NCBI GenBank assembly: GCA_017516445.1
Contig: JAFXCZ010000008.1
Span: 1,193-65,192, forward strand
Direction: 5' to 3'
Length of the DNA stretch: 64,000 bases
Source: Clostridia bacterium
Lineage (GTDB): Bacteria > Bacillota > Clostridia > Oscillospirales > Acutalibacteraceae
The stretch's first letter is position 1. Each line of letters begins with the position of its first letter. Made by a program: the position numbers and the translations under genes. A model generated the notes under the pieces. The model had not been told where the DNA came from, made no database searches, and saw only the letters and a program-made list of their open reading frames with translations. Positions 8,422 to 17,649 of this stretch are shown here, piece after piece.

Positions 8422-8616
8422 ATGGATGTTGATTTTATATTCAAAATAGCGGCAATAGGTATAATTGTAACGGTTTTAAATCAGGTGCTTATACGCTCAG
8501 GCAGAGAGGAACAGGCAATGCTCACAACCCTTGCGGGCCTTGTTGTAGTCTTGCTTATGATTGTAAATTCTATAGCCGAGCTTTTTAGTACCGTTAAGGA
8601 TTTGTTCGGACTTTAA
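8422..8616 (+). CDS. spoIIIAC: stage III sporulation protein AC
   Basis: 64 aa with two TM helices. Sequence IAAIGIIVTVLNQVLIRSGREEQAMLTTLAG is typical of SpoIIIAC. Confidence 0.9.
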   Translation: MDVDFIFKIAAIGIIVTVLNQVLIRSGREEQAMLTTLAGLVVVLLMIVNSIAELFSTVKDLFGL

Positions 8617-8617
8617 G

Positions 8618-9007
8618 ATGGAAATTTTTAAAATTCTTAGCATTATCCTTGTATGCGCAGTAGTGTGCCTGATATTTAGAAACCACGGCAGTGAATATTC
8701 CTTATTAATAATAATTTGCTGTTCGATGCTGGTGCTGACGCTGATTATAAAAAATATTTTAGTGCCGTTATCGCTTATAGAACAAAGAATAGAAAGCTAC
8801 GGAATAGATAACAGTTATTTTAAGGTAGCCCTTAAGGCTTTAGGGATAGGCTACATAACCGCATTTATTGCGGATTCCTGCCGTGACGCAGGACAAACTG
8901 CCTTAGCGCTCAAGGCCGAGCTTGCAGGCAAATGTGCCATTTTTCTTTTATCGGTTCCGCTTGTTTTAAGTATTCTTGAAACTGCAATAGGTTTTGTAAA
9001 TGATTAA
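8618..9007 (+). CDS. spoIIIAD: stage III sporulation protein AD
   Basis: 129 aa membrane protein with the conserved ALGIGYITAFIADSCRDAGQTALA segment, at the expected operon position. Confidence 0.9.
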   Translation: MEIFKILSIILVCAVVCLIFRNHGSEYSLLIIICCSMLVLTLIIKNILVPLSLIEQRIESYGIDNSYFKVALKALGIGYITAFIADSCRDAGQTALALKAELAGKCAIFLLSVPLVLSILETAIGFVND

Positions 9008-10112
9008 AAAAGTTATTTGTATAATCTTTCTGCTACTGCTATTTAATATTAATACCTATGCCGAAGAAACCGATATATATAAACAACAGTTGGAGAAAAG
9101 CGGAGCCTTAGAGCTTCCAGAAGCCTTGCCAGAAGATGTTAAGGAATACCTTACAAGAAACGGCATTGATATTTCTGACTATAACTGGGTGAATAGGCTT
9201 AAGACCGAAAATGTCTTTTCGCACATACTTTCCTTTATTAAGGGCGGTTTTAAAAAGCCATTAATAGCACTTGGCAGTATTTTAGCCGTAATTCTTATAA
9301 ATGCGGTGCTTTTCAGCTCTAAGGATAGCTCGGTAACACAGGTGGTATCCTACGCCGCAACGCTATCGGTAGCGGGAATTATAATAACCCCCATTTTTTC
9401 TGCAATAACCACTGCCGTAAACGCTATGAAGGGCACCGCAACCTTTATGACGGCTTTTATACCGGTATTCTCGGTAATAACCGCCGCCGCGGGCAAAACT
9501 GCCACAAGTGTTTCTATGAGCACCCTTTTATTAGGCGCGGCAAACGGAGTGAGTCTGCTTTCAAACTATGCTGTAGTACCGCTTATAAGCGGACATTTGT
9601 GCTTATCCTTAAGCTCAAGCGTTTCCCCTTTTATAAATAACAACGGAATTTCACAGGCGGTAAAAAAGCTGTCGCTTTGGGTAATGTCCTTTATTTCGGC
9701 TGTGTTTTTAGGAATACTCAGCATACAAACCGTGCTTAACGCCCACGCGGACAATCTTGCAATGCGGACTGCAAAATTTATAATAGGCTCATCAGTACCG
9801 GTAGCAGGCGGCGTGCTTTCAGAGGCGCTGGGCACTCTCACCGCTTCTATGTCGCTTTTAAAATCATCGGTGGGTATTTACGGCGTGGTTATTTGCTGTA
9901 TACTTTTTCTGCCCGTTTTAGCAGAGCTTTTGCTATGGCGTTTTACACTTTGGGGAGCAGATTTTGTAGCATTAAGCTTTGAGCTGCCTAAAATTTCGGG
10001 ATTGTTACAGGCTATTGACACCGTTTTATCTGTGCTGATAGGTGTGATTTTGCTGACAGGTGCAATGTTCATCATTTCCCTTTCGGTAGTGATAGGAAGC
10101 GGTGGAGTATGA
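9000..10112 (+). CDS. spoIIIAE: stage III sporulation protein AE
   Basis: 370 aa with a signal-like N-terminus and multiple TM segments. Operon position fits, and the start overlaps the spoIIIAD stop. Confidence 0.9.
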   Translation: MIKKVICIIFLLLLFNINTYAEETDIYKQQLEKSGALELPEALPEDVKEYLTRNGIDISDYNWVNRLKTENVFSHILSFIKGGFKKPLIALGSILAVILINAVLFSSKDSSVTQVVSYAATLSVAGIIITPIFSAITTAVNAMKGTATFMTAFIPVFSVITAAAGKTATSVSMSTLLLGAANGVSLLSNYAVVPLISGHLCLSLSSSVSPFINNNGISQAVKKLSLWVMSFISAVFLGILSIQTVLNAHADNLAMRTAKFIIGSSVPVAGGVLSEALGTLTASMSLLKSSVGIYGVVICCILFLPVLAELLLWRFTLWGADFVALSFELPKISGLLQAIDTVLSVLIGVILLTGAMFIISLSVVIGSGGV

Positions 10113-10531
10113 CACAGTTTTTTATTTCCTTTAGCGTTGGCTGTATCTTAATAGGCGCGCTTTATATTATCTGTCCCGAGGGCAACATTTCAAAGCCGAT
10201 ACGGTATCTGTTTAGCCTCGTTTTTTTAGTGATTATAATATCTGCCGCCAATATTCCGCTTAAAAAAATCACTTTCCCTTTACCCGAAGCCACAGCTAGC
10301 CAAGCAAGCCTTACCGAAATGCAAAGCCTGTCCGCCCAATACATATATTCCTATACCCTCGCAGCGCAGAATATAAATTTTAGGGAAATTTATGTTTGTA
10401 CGGATAATTCTAATGATAACAGCATAGTAATTAATAAAGTGATTATTGTATCAGATGAGCCAAGAGAAAAAATTATTAAGGCTTTGGGGGTATTGGCTAA
10501 AGAACGGGAGGTTGAAATTGTAAATGAATAA
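10109..10531 (+). CDS. spoIIIAF: stage III sporulation protein AF
   Basis: 140 aa with two N-terminal TM helices. ATGA overlap with spoIIIAE, at the expected operon position. Confidence 0.8.
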   Translation: MTQFFISFSVGCILIGALYIICPEGNISKPIRYLFSLVFLVIIISAANIPLKKITFPLPEATASQASLTEMQSLSAQYIYSYTLAAQNINFREIYVCTDNSNDNSIVINKVIIVSDEPREKIIKALGVLAKEREVEIVNE

Positions 10532-11060
10532 CCTGATAGCAAAATACATCCCCAAAATCAAAAGCCCAAAATTTTTAGTGGTTATAGGTATTATCGGGAT
10601 TGTGCTTATATTTTTATCTTCCTTAGGGGGAAGCGGTGAAAAATCCCAAAAAACCGACACAACCCCTATTTCTGCCGAGGAATACCGCGAGCAATTGGAA
10701 AAGGATATAAAAAACATTGTAAAGGGTATTACAGGCAGTAACAAGGTGACAGTTGTAGTCACCCTTGAAAGCGGGATACGGTATAAATACGCCGATATAA
10801 CCGAGGGCTCCTCTGAGGACAAAACCGAAAATGATACAATTTCTACAAGCAGTGAGCTTAAACAGGGCTACATAACGGTTAAAACCGCCGACGGCGGTGA
10901 GCAAGCTTTACTTGTAACCACACAAATGCCCGAAATACGCGGTGTTGCCATTGTATGCTTAGGCGGCGACAACAGCACCGTTGCCGAAAAAATAGAAAAT
11001 ACCGTTACGGCGGCATTAAATATAACTTCACAACGAGTACATATAGCAGGAGGAAACTAA
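10524..11060 (+). CDS. spoIIIAG: stage III sporulation protein AG
   Basis: 178 aa with an N-terminal TM helix. The C-terminal IRGVAIVCLGGDN ring-building-like motif is typical of SpoIIIAG. Confidence 0.85.
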   Translation: MNNLIAKYIPKIKSPKFLVVIGIIGIVLIFLSSLGGSGEKSQKTDTTPISAEEYREQLEKDIKNIVKGITGSNKVTVVVTLESGIRYKYADITEGSSEDKTENDTISTSSELKQGYITVKTADGGEQALLVTTQMPEIRGVAIVCLGGDNSTVAEKIENTVTAALNITSQRVHIAGGN

Positions 11061-11061
11061 A

Positions 11062-11586
11062 ATGAAAAAAGGTAAAGTATTAGGTAAAGGACAGTTAGCG
11101 GTAGGGGTAATGGTTATAGCGCTTGTTGCAGCCATCTGGCTTAACACAAAATATATGCCTTCATCCACAAAATATCTTGGCGAAGCGTCTTATGTGTCAA
11201 ACTCTTCTACCGAGGCGGTAGAAACCGCCGCCAAGACGGACGATTATTTCGCAACAGCTAAAGCCGACCGCGAAAAAAATATAAAAACTGCAGTTGAAAC
11301 CGTGAAAGAAGTATTAAAAAGTGAAAGCCTTACCGACAAGGATAAGGAATCGGCTTTAAAAATGCTTGAAAGCATAGCCGAAACAATGAAAAAGGAAGCC
11401 AATATTGAAACCCTTTTAAAAGCCAAGGGCTTTAAACAGGCGGTAGCGGTTATTGGCAATGACGGCATTAATATCATAGTGAAATCTGACGGACTAACCA
11501 CTGCAAACACTATGCAGATACAGGATATTGCCGTAGCAGAATCAGGCTTAGACCTTTCAAAAATAAAAATTATCCCCGTAAATTAA
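11062..11586 (+). CDS. spoIIIAH: stage III sporulation protein AH
   Basis: 174 aa with an N-terminal TM helix and an acidic/Lys-rich middle. It is the last gene of the colinear block. Confidence 0.8.
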   Translation: MKKGKVLGKGQLAVGVMVIALVAAIWLNTKYMPSSTKYLGEASYVSNSSTEAVETAAKTDDYFATAKADREKNIKTAVETVKEVLKSESLTDKDKESALKMLESIAETMKKEANIETLLKAKGFKQAVAVIGNDGINIIVKSDGLTTANTMQIQDIAVAESGLDLSKIKIIPVN

Positions 11587-11662
11587 AAAAAAGTTGTTTT
11601 CTTTACAATTAGGTGTTATAATAAAGAAAAGATTTATCTATTACAACACGGGGGTTAAATAT

Positions 11663-12025
11663 ATGCAGAATAATAACACACAGCTTTCCATCAATACAGA
11701 TGTTCTTAAGAAAATGGCAAAAATTGCCGCATCTGAAGTTGAGGGTGTTGCAGGCATTTCCAATAGAAGTATTGACCTTAAGGGTGCTATAAAAGCAAAA
11801 AATCCCTTTGCGGGCGTTAAGGTAGAAAGTAATAACGGTGCGTTGGAAATCGGTATTTATATCACTGTTAAAAAAGAAGCCAATGTAAAGGAAGTTGCCG
11901 AAAAGGTACAGGAAAATGTTAAAGACAAAATCCAGACTATGACCGGCACCGCCGTTACAAAGGTTAATGTAACTGTTGCTGATATTGCTTTTGAAAAAGA
12001 AGCAGAGCCCGAAGAAGAGGAATAA
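11663..12025 (+). CDS. Asp23/Gls24-family alkaline shock protein (YqhY-like)
   Basis: Motif KMAKIAASEVEGVAGIS... with an acidic tail. A YqhY-type gene follows spoIIIAH in B. subtilis too. ATG at 11663 follows GGGGG. Confidence 0.85.
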   Translation: MQNNNTQLSINTDVLKKMAKIAASEVEGVAGISNRSIDLKGAIKAKNPFAGVKVESNNGALEIGIYITVKKEANVKEVAEKVQENVKDKIQTMTGTAVTKVNVTVADIAFEKEAEPEEEE

Positions 12026-12033
12026 AATTAATT

Positions 12034-12070
12034 GAGGCTGTCTCACTATTAAAGTGAGGCAGCCTCTTTT
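12034..12070. terminator. bidirectional terminator
   Basis: GAGGCTGTCTCAC / GTGAGGCAGCCTC (13 bp, one G-T pair) followed by TTTT. The stop of the convergent deacetylase gene lies inside the hairpin. Confidence 0.65.
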
Positions 12071-12834
12071 CCTTTTATGAATGCATCCTTAGTAGTAAGG
12101 ATTTCTATTTCACCGTTATCTCTTTTTTGGGATAAATACTTAATAAACTCTACAAATTTATCGTAATCATAGGTCCATAAATCCTCAGGGTCGTACTCCC
12201 CTTTTTTGCGAACACTATGAAACATTAAAGTAAGGCAGGCTTTTTCTCTTGCCGCCAAATCAACCATTTTCTTCATTGACTTGGCGGTTGTTTTACATAA
12301 AATCGGCACCGAGTTTATACACATATTACTAAACTGGTAATAAAGCTCATCTATTCCGTTCACATCGGCGGTGTCCGAATACGCTAAAACCTCTTCTACA
12401 TTGCGTCCTTCTTTAACAAAGCCTGTTCTTATGTAAGAAAAACCTAAATTTTGAAGTCTTTCCTGATTCTCACATATATAGTCTTTATCCATACCGCTTC
12501 CGGGCGATGCAAAGCCTATTGTGTCATCCTTTAGACCAAGCCATTCATAAAGCTTGTCCTTGCCTTTTATAATATCCTCTTCGTCATTTTTATGTAAATA
12601 GCCGTGTGCCGCAATTTCAACAAGAGGATTTTTAGAAATTTCTTTTAATTCATCCAAGGTCATAGTGGATTTATTACCCACACAATCAACATCTATATAA
12701 CCCGATATTATATTAAAGGTTGCAGGGATATTATAAACGTTAAGCACCTCATTCACTAAACGGAAAGCATCCTTGCGACCGTCATCAATCGAAAGTGTAA
12801 TAACGCCCTTTTGGAATTTTGACACACTTATCAC
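12049..12834 (-). CDS. polysaccharide deacetylase family protein (NodB homology domain)
   Basis: Motif LSIDDGRKD (Asp-Asp metal/catalytic motif) and a downstream HGYLH His motif. Confidence 0.8.
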   Translation of the reverse strand: MISVSKFQKGVITLSIDDGRKDAFRLVNEVLNVYNIPATFNIISGYIDVDCVGNKSTMTLDELKEISKNPLVEIAAHGYLHKNDEEDIIKGKDKLYEWLGLKDDTIGFASPGSGMDKDYICENQERLQNLGFSYIRTGFVKEGRNVEEVLAYSDTADVNGIDELYYQFSNMCINSVPILCKTTAKSMKKMVDLAAREKACLTLMFHSVRKKGEYDPEDLWTYDYDKFVEFIKYLSQKRDNGEIEILTTKDAFIKGKEAASL

Positions 12835-13208
12835 CCTTCTTTTTTACATCCGCAGCATTTATGCTCATACAAATGGCTTATATTAAGTGTATTTTCTTCT
12901 GTTACAAAGCCTAATACTTTAAAAATTTTTTGGGGTGCCTTGTCTGCCCATATTGCTTGCTGTATATTACGGCTTGCCGCAATGTGCAAGGTACTGCGCA
13001 GTACACCGTCCAAAAGCATTAAGTCATTTTGTGGCTCAATAGCGCGGACGATCATTTTTTCACTGTCCAAATCAAAAAGGCAGTAGCCCAAAACCTCTTG
13101 CTTGTCCTTGGCGCAAAGGCAATCGGAATTTTGGTTAAAAGTCAATCCCTCTTTGTCGAAAAATGCCTTTGCCTCCCGCCTAGTTTCAACCGTTTTTAAA
13201 GTAATCAT
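12831..13208 (-). CDS. hypothetical protein, possibly GNAT-like fold, ending in a CCGC motif
   Basis: 125-aa ORF whose stop overlaps the downstream gene's ATG (ATGA coupling). No family is confidently recognised. Confidence 0.4.
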   Translation of the reverse strand: MITLKTVETRREAKAFFDKEGLTFNQNSDCLCAKDKQEVLGYCLFDLDSEKMIVRAIEPQNDLMLLDGVLRSTLHIAASRNIQQAIWADKAPQKIFKVLGFVTEENTLNISHLYEHKCCGCKKEG

Positions 13209-13216
13209 AACACACC

Positions 13217-13939
13217 TCAGGTTATACTTGTAAGACGGCGCATTTCGCGTTCATTCAAAGGACGCCAGCTGCCTCTTTTCAGCATACCAAGCTTTACGCC
13301 TGCAATTTCGGTACGCTTAAGACGTAAAACCTCAAGCCCTACTTCCTCGCACATACGTCTTATCTGACGGTTTCTGCCCTCTTGAATTATAAATATAAGT
13401 ACTGTTCTGTCAGCCTTACGCTCAGCTACAAAGCAGTCACAGGGTAAAGTTTTCTCACCGTCAAGCACAATGCCCTCCTTAAGCCTTATAAGCTTTTCGT
13501 CATTGGCATCCCCGCTTACTGTTACACGGTAGGTCTTATTAACGTGGTAAGACGGATGGGTAAGCTTATTTGCAAACTCGCCGTCATTAGTCATTAAAAG
13601 AAGCCCCTCAGAATTCATATCAAGTCTTCCCACAGGGAAAAGGCGAACAGGCGCATCTTTAACAAGGTCGGTAACGCATTTTCTGCCCTTTTCGTCGTTC
13701 ATAGTTGTAACAAAACCGCGCGGCTTGTGAAGCATTATATACATTTTTGTGGTATTAGCAACCACCGTCTTTCCTCGGACGGTTATTTTATCTCTTTTAG
13801 GGTCAACCTTTGTGCCCAGTGCTGCAATATGACCGTTAACCTTAACCTTGCCCATTTCGATAAGCTCTTCTGCCTTACGGCGAGAGGCTACACCGCACTC
13901 AGCAAGGTGCTTTTGAAGTCTTATTTTATTATCCTTCAT
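13217..13939 (-). CDS. rluB: 23S rRNA pseudouridine synthase RluB (RsuA/RluB family with N-terminal S4 domain)
   Basis: S4 motif RLQKHLAECGVASRRKAEELI, then the catalytic GRLDMNSEGLLL and a C-terminal GRNRQIRRM. Confidence 0.9.
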   Translation of the reverse strand: MKDNKIRLQKHLAECGVASRRKAEELIEMGKVKVNGHIAALGTKVDPKRDKITVRGKTVVANTTKMYIMLHKPRGFVTTMNDEKGRKCVTDLVKDAPVRLFPVGRLDMNSEGLLLMTNDGEFANKLTHPSYHVNKTYRVTVSGDANDEKLIRLKEGIVLDGEKTLPCDCFVAERKADRTVLIFIIQEGRNRQIRRMCEEVGLEVLRLKRTEIAGVKLGMLKRGSWRPLNEREMRRLTSIT

Positions 13940-13948
13940 TTTATTCTC

Positions 13949-15073
13949 CTAAATATTTCTAAGTATGTGCTTAAAATTTTCTATTAAAATATCAAAGACA
14001 GTCTTCTTGCTCTCTAAAGCAGAAATACTGTGTGACGACACAATATCCTTTTTACCTATTGTCTTTCCGCCTTGAGAGTATACTATATACCCAAGCTTAT
14101 CTCCGCTGTTTACGGGCGCATATAGGAATTTGGGCAGATACACCTGACTCTCTATATCCTCAGTTTCGAGAGTGTTAACCGTAAAGGGCTTTATATCTAC
14201 CGTCAAGGCTTCCTTTGTGCCGTTTATAACGGGTAAATTGTAGCTGTCCACCATAGGTGAATATTGTGTTTGCTTTATGGCTGAAAAGCCGTAATCAAGC
14301 ATCGCTTTATGGTCAGACCAATCACTCGGTGCATTAAGCGTTACCGCCACTACAAACTTGCCGTCACGCTTGGCAGCAGTTACAAGGCATCTTCCCGATT
14401 TTTTGGTAAAGCCCGTTTTAACACCTACCGCACCGTCGTACATTTTAAGCATTTTATTGTGATTGGTAAGTGTACGCCTATACGGCGGATTACCGTAATT
14501 GAGCGTTGCTTTTTCGCAAGCAACCGCCTTTGCAAATTCTTGGTTTCCAAGGGCGTAAAGCGCCAATTTACCAAGCTCATAAGCGGTGGTGTAATGGTCA
14601 TCCGCGTCCAGTCCCGACGGGGTTGCAAAGTGGGTGTTTTTAAGCCCCAGCTGACTTGCCTTGTCGTTCATCTTCTGAACAAAGCCGTCTAGACTGCCGC
14701 CGATAACAAATGCTATTACGTTTGCCGCGTCATTACCCGAAGCGAGCATAAGCCCGTACAGAAGATCATGAAGTGTGACCTTATCTCCCGGGAGCAGCCC
14801 CATGGACGAGCCCTCAACACGAAGCATTTCGGCAGTGACCGTAATCTCACGCTCAAAATTGCCGTATTCGCAAAGCAAAAGCCCTGTCATAATCTTAGTA
14901 GTGCTTGCCATTGGAAGTCTTTGGTCGGCATTTTTAGAATATATAACCTCGCCGTTGTCACCGTTAAGTAAAACTGCCGCTTTTGCCGAAACTGACACCG
15001 CACCGACATTTATAGGCATTAACAAAAAGGTCAGCAAAAGTACCGCCACAATACATTTTTTCAAAATCAACAC
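13949..15073 (-). CDS. dacB: D-alanyl-D-alanine carboxypeptidase (S11 family, PBP5*/DacB-like); the start may be TTG at 15064
   Basis: SxxK (ASTTKIM), SGN (ASGNDAA) and KTG (KTGFT) motifs plus a signal peptide. Synteny scpA-scpB-...-dacB matches B. subtilis. Confidence 0.85.
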   Translation of the reverse strand: MLILKKCIVAVLLLTFLLMPINVGAVSVSAKAAVLLNGDNGEVIYSKNADQRLPMASTTKIMTGLLLCEYGNFEREITVTAEMLRVEGSSMGLLPGDKVTLHDLLYGLMLASGNDAANVIAFVIGGSLDGFVQKMNDKASQLGLKNTHFATPSGLDADDHYTTAYELGKLALYALGNQEFAKAVACEKATLNYGNPPYRRTLTNHNKMLKMYDGAVGVKTGFTKKSGRCLVTAAKRDGKFVVAVTLNAPSDWSDHKAMLDYGFSAIKQTQYSPMVDSYNLPVINGTKEALTVDIKPFTVNTLETEDIESQVYLPKFLYAPVNSGDKLGYIVYSQGGKTIGKKDIVSSHSISALESKKTVFDILIENFKHILRNI

Positions 15074-15104
15074 CTCGTCTAATATTATGACAAGGTGTGT
15101 TTTT

Positions 15105-15485
15105 TTATTCAGCTATTATCTCTTTATCCTTTGAAAAAACTTCCTTAGCCTTATCTATTATTTCGGGTGCCATAGTAACGGCTTTTTCAAGGGTAGTAAG
15201 CTCATTATAAACAGGGAGCATTTTTACGCTGTCACCGTTGATTGCGATAAATGCCACGGGCGAAATTGTAACGCCTGCTCCGCCGCCACCGCCGAAAACC
15301 TGAGAATTAGACTTAGTCGGGAAATCACTGCCGCCTGTAGCCAAGCCGTATGCCACCTTGGAAACAGGAATAAGGGTAATGTCACCCACAACAACAGGGG
15401 TGCCTGTAATAACATCGGCATTAATCATAGCCTTTAATTTTTCCATTGTGGTATCCATAATATTTTTTAAGCTGTTTTCACTCAT
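15105..15485 (-). CDS. ytfJ: sporulation protein YtfJ (GerW family)
   Basis: Motif TLIPVSKVAYGLATGGSDF...GGGGGAGVTISPVAFI. ATG at 15485 is preceded by GAAGGTGA. Confidence 0.85.
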   Translation of the reverse strand: MSENSLKNIMDTTMEKLKAMINADVITGTPVVVGDITLIPVSKVAYGLATGGSDFPTKSNSQVFGGGGGAGVTISPVAFIAINGDSVKMLPVYNELTTLEKAVTMAPEIIDKAKEVFSKDKEIIAE

Positions 15486-15543
15486 TAAAATCACCTTCAC
15501 ACAGAATTTGTTTTCCTAAATATTGTTAAACAAAAGCTTTAAA

Positions 15544-16107
15544 CTATTCGTCAAGCGTTAACTGTTCACCTAAATCTGTAACCTCGTCGCCGTTCTGGTC
15601 TTTAGGTAGCGGCGGAAGCTCGCTTAAATCCCCTAAAGAGAAGCAACGCAAAAAGTTCTTTGTAGTGCCGTAAAGCAAGGGCTTACCCGGAAGCTCAAGT
15701 CTTCCGCGCTCCTCTACAAGTCCCTTTTCAATAAGGGTTGTAACTACACCCGAGCAGTCAACACCGCGCACCTGCTCAATAAACGATTTGGTAACCGGCT
15801 GATTATAAGCCACAACCGCCAAAACCTCAAGTGCCGCCGCAGAAAGCGGTGTACGTCTTCTTATATCAAACGCTTTTTTAATATATTCGGCATACTCGTT
15901 TTTAGTCGCAATTTGGTAGGTGTTATCCATTCTTACAAGCTTAAGACCGCTATCGTTTTCCTCATACTTTTTAGAAAGTGCCTCCATAACCGAAACGGTC
16001 TTTTCGGGAGTTATTTCAAAAACCTGTGTAAAGCGGTCAATCGACAGCGGCTCACCGCTGGCAAACAGTACCGCCTCAAAGGCTTTTATAAGTTCCTTAG
16101 TTGTCAT
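15544..16107 (-). CDS. scpB: segregation and condensation protein B
   Basis: Motifs AVLFASGEPLS and AALEVLAVVAYNQPVTKSFIEQVRGVD. It overlaps the scpA stop. Confidence 0.9.
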   Translation of the reverse strand: MTTKELIKAFEAVLFASGEPLSIDRFTQVFEITPEKTVSVMEALSKKYEENDSGLKLVRMDNTYQIATKNEYAEYIKKAFDIRRRTPLSAAALEVLAVVAYNQPVTKSFIEQVRGVDCSGVVTTLIEKGLVEERGRLELPGKPLLYGTTKNFLRCFSLGDLSELPPLPKDQNGDEVTDLGEQLTLDE

Positions 16108-16822
16108 TCTTTTTATGCCCCTTAATCAATGTAATTTCCTGTGCCTCGCCGTCGCCCTCGACCTTTACGCGATTAGCCTTACAAAGCTCAAGCACAGCCA
16201 AAAAGGTTGCTACAAGCTCAGAACGGCTGTTAGCGGTTTTATAAAGCTCCGAAAGCTTACTTTTGCCGCCTTTCCAAAGATTGCGGATAACGAAAACTAT
16301 CTTAGTAGAAACCGAAACAATCTTACGGGCTACAATTTTGGTAAAGGGTGCTGTAGACGGCGGTAAGCGTCTTTGTCCCCTGCCTACAGCCGCTATATAG
16401 CTTTCAAACAAAACATCCTTTGGATGCACAAGCTCATAGGTCTTATCAAACTCATACTCAGTAGGCTTTCGCACAAACATATTAAAGCCGTCCTGCATAG
16501 TGGCAAACTTTGCCGCCATCTGCTGACAAACCATATATTCGAGCAATTCACCCGTAAGCTCTTCCTTAAGCTTTACAACCTCATCGTGCTTAGGCAAAAG
16601 GCTTACTGTTTTAATATACAAAAGACGTGAAGCCATTTCAAGAAAATCGCTTGAGATTTCCATCTCGTCTGCCTTAAATTTCTCTATCTGCTCTAAATAC
16701 TGCTCAATAAGCTCTAAAAGCGGAATATCGTAAATATTAAATTTATTACGCGCTATCAGCTGAAGCAACAAATCAAGCGGACCCTCAAAGCCCTCTAATT
16801 TATAACTTAATGTATTATCCAT
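16097..16822 (-). CDS. scpA: segregation and condensation protein A
   Basis: Motif FEGPLDLLLQLIARNKFNIYDIPLLELIEQYL is typical of ScpA kleisin. Confidence 0.9.
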   Translation of the reverse strand: MDNTLSYKLEGFEGPLDLLLQLIARNKFNIYDIPLLELIEQYLEQIEKFKADEMEISSDFLEMASRLLYIKTVSLLPKHDEVVKLKEELTGELLEYMVCQQMAAKFATMQDGFNMFVRKPTEYEFDKTYELVHPKDVLFESYIAAVGRGQRRLPPSTAPFTKIVARKIVSVSTKIVFVIRNLWKGGKSKLSELYKTANSRSELVATFLAVLELCKANRVKVEGDGEAQEITLIKGHKKNDN

Positions 16823-16825
16823 TTT

Positions 16826-17512
16826 TTACCTCAAAAATTTAAATGGTAAGGATGCTATACCGTCAAGGATACGAAGCAGTGTGTTTGACATATTAGAAAG
16901 CGGAATATCCAAAACGCCCAAAAGCAATAGACCCAAAAGAATAAAATAAATATATCTTTCGTATTGCATTAGCTTATAGTAAATCCTGTCGGGCAAGAAA
17001 ATTGAAAGTATTCTTGAGCCGTCAAGCGGCGGTACGGGGATAAGATTAAACACTGCAAGATAAACATTTATCTTGGCTATATAATAGAAAAAGCTTACAA
17101 TATAATACAAACCTAAAGCATTGGTTATAGCCAGTATACTGTTTGTAATTGTAAGAAAAATAAACGCCATTAAAAGATTTGATACAGGGCCCGCAGCGGC
17201 TACAATTGCCATATCCCTTTTAGGCTTTCTGAAGTTGTAACCGTTGACCTGTACAGGTCTTGCCCAGCCAAAGCCGAAAAGCAAAATACAAAGTGCTCCG
17301 ATATAATCAATATGAGCAAAGGGGTTTAACGAAATTCTTCCCTGATAACGCGGTGTAGGGTCGCCCAATTTATCTGCCACAAAGCCATGTGCAAATTCGT
17401 GAACAGGCATAGTTAAAAATATAACCGCCAAGGAAGACAAAATATATACAACCGCACCTATAAAATTGAGGTTGCCGGATAATAATTCTCCTAACAAGAT
17501 ATACCACTCCAA
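16826..17512 (-). CDS. site-2 protease family (peptidase M50) membrane metalloprotease; start codon uncertain
   Basis: HEFAHG zinc motif in the first TM region and a later NLIPVPPLDG motif. The track start is TTG without a clear SD. Confidence 0.75.
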   Translation of the reverse strand: MEWYILLGELLSGNLNFIGAVVYILSSLAVIFLTMPVHEFAHGFVADKLGDPTPRYQGRISLNPFAHIDYIGALCILLFGFGWARPVQVNGYNFRKPKRDMAIVAAAGPVSNLLMAFIFLTITNSILAITNALGLYYIVSFFYYIAKINVYLAVFNLIPVPPLDGSRILSIFLPDRIYYKLMQYERYIYFILLGLLLLGVLDIPLSNMSNTLLRILDGIASLPFKFLR

Positions 17513-17649
17513 TCTAATTTATAATTATACAACATTTACCTAAAAAAGACAAGTGTAAAAACATTTGTCTTTTTTAGCACAAAAAGGTAGATTTTAGGAA
17601 TAAAAAATGTTATTATACTTTTAGTAAGCTTTTCAAAGGAGTATTTATT

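Noticed and set aside
11609-12046. 145-aa minus-strand ORF antisense to the Asp23-family gene. Similar long antisense ORFs occur at 31183-31809, 33825-34373, 59499-59999 and 62367-62786.
   Set aside because: Each lies entirely inside a strongly supported gene on the other strand. They have odd composition (Cys, Phe and Asn-rich), no RBS and no recognisable motifs.
17543-17575. A/T-flanked hairpin (AAAAAGACAAGTG / CATTTGTCTTTTT) in the divergent promoter region between the M50 protease gene and pfp
   Set aside because: It looks like a bidirectional terminator, but no upstream convergent transcription needs terminating. The stem has a mismatch and few G-C pairs. It may be a weak leader structure, and I cannot support a function.
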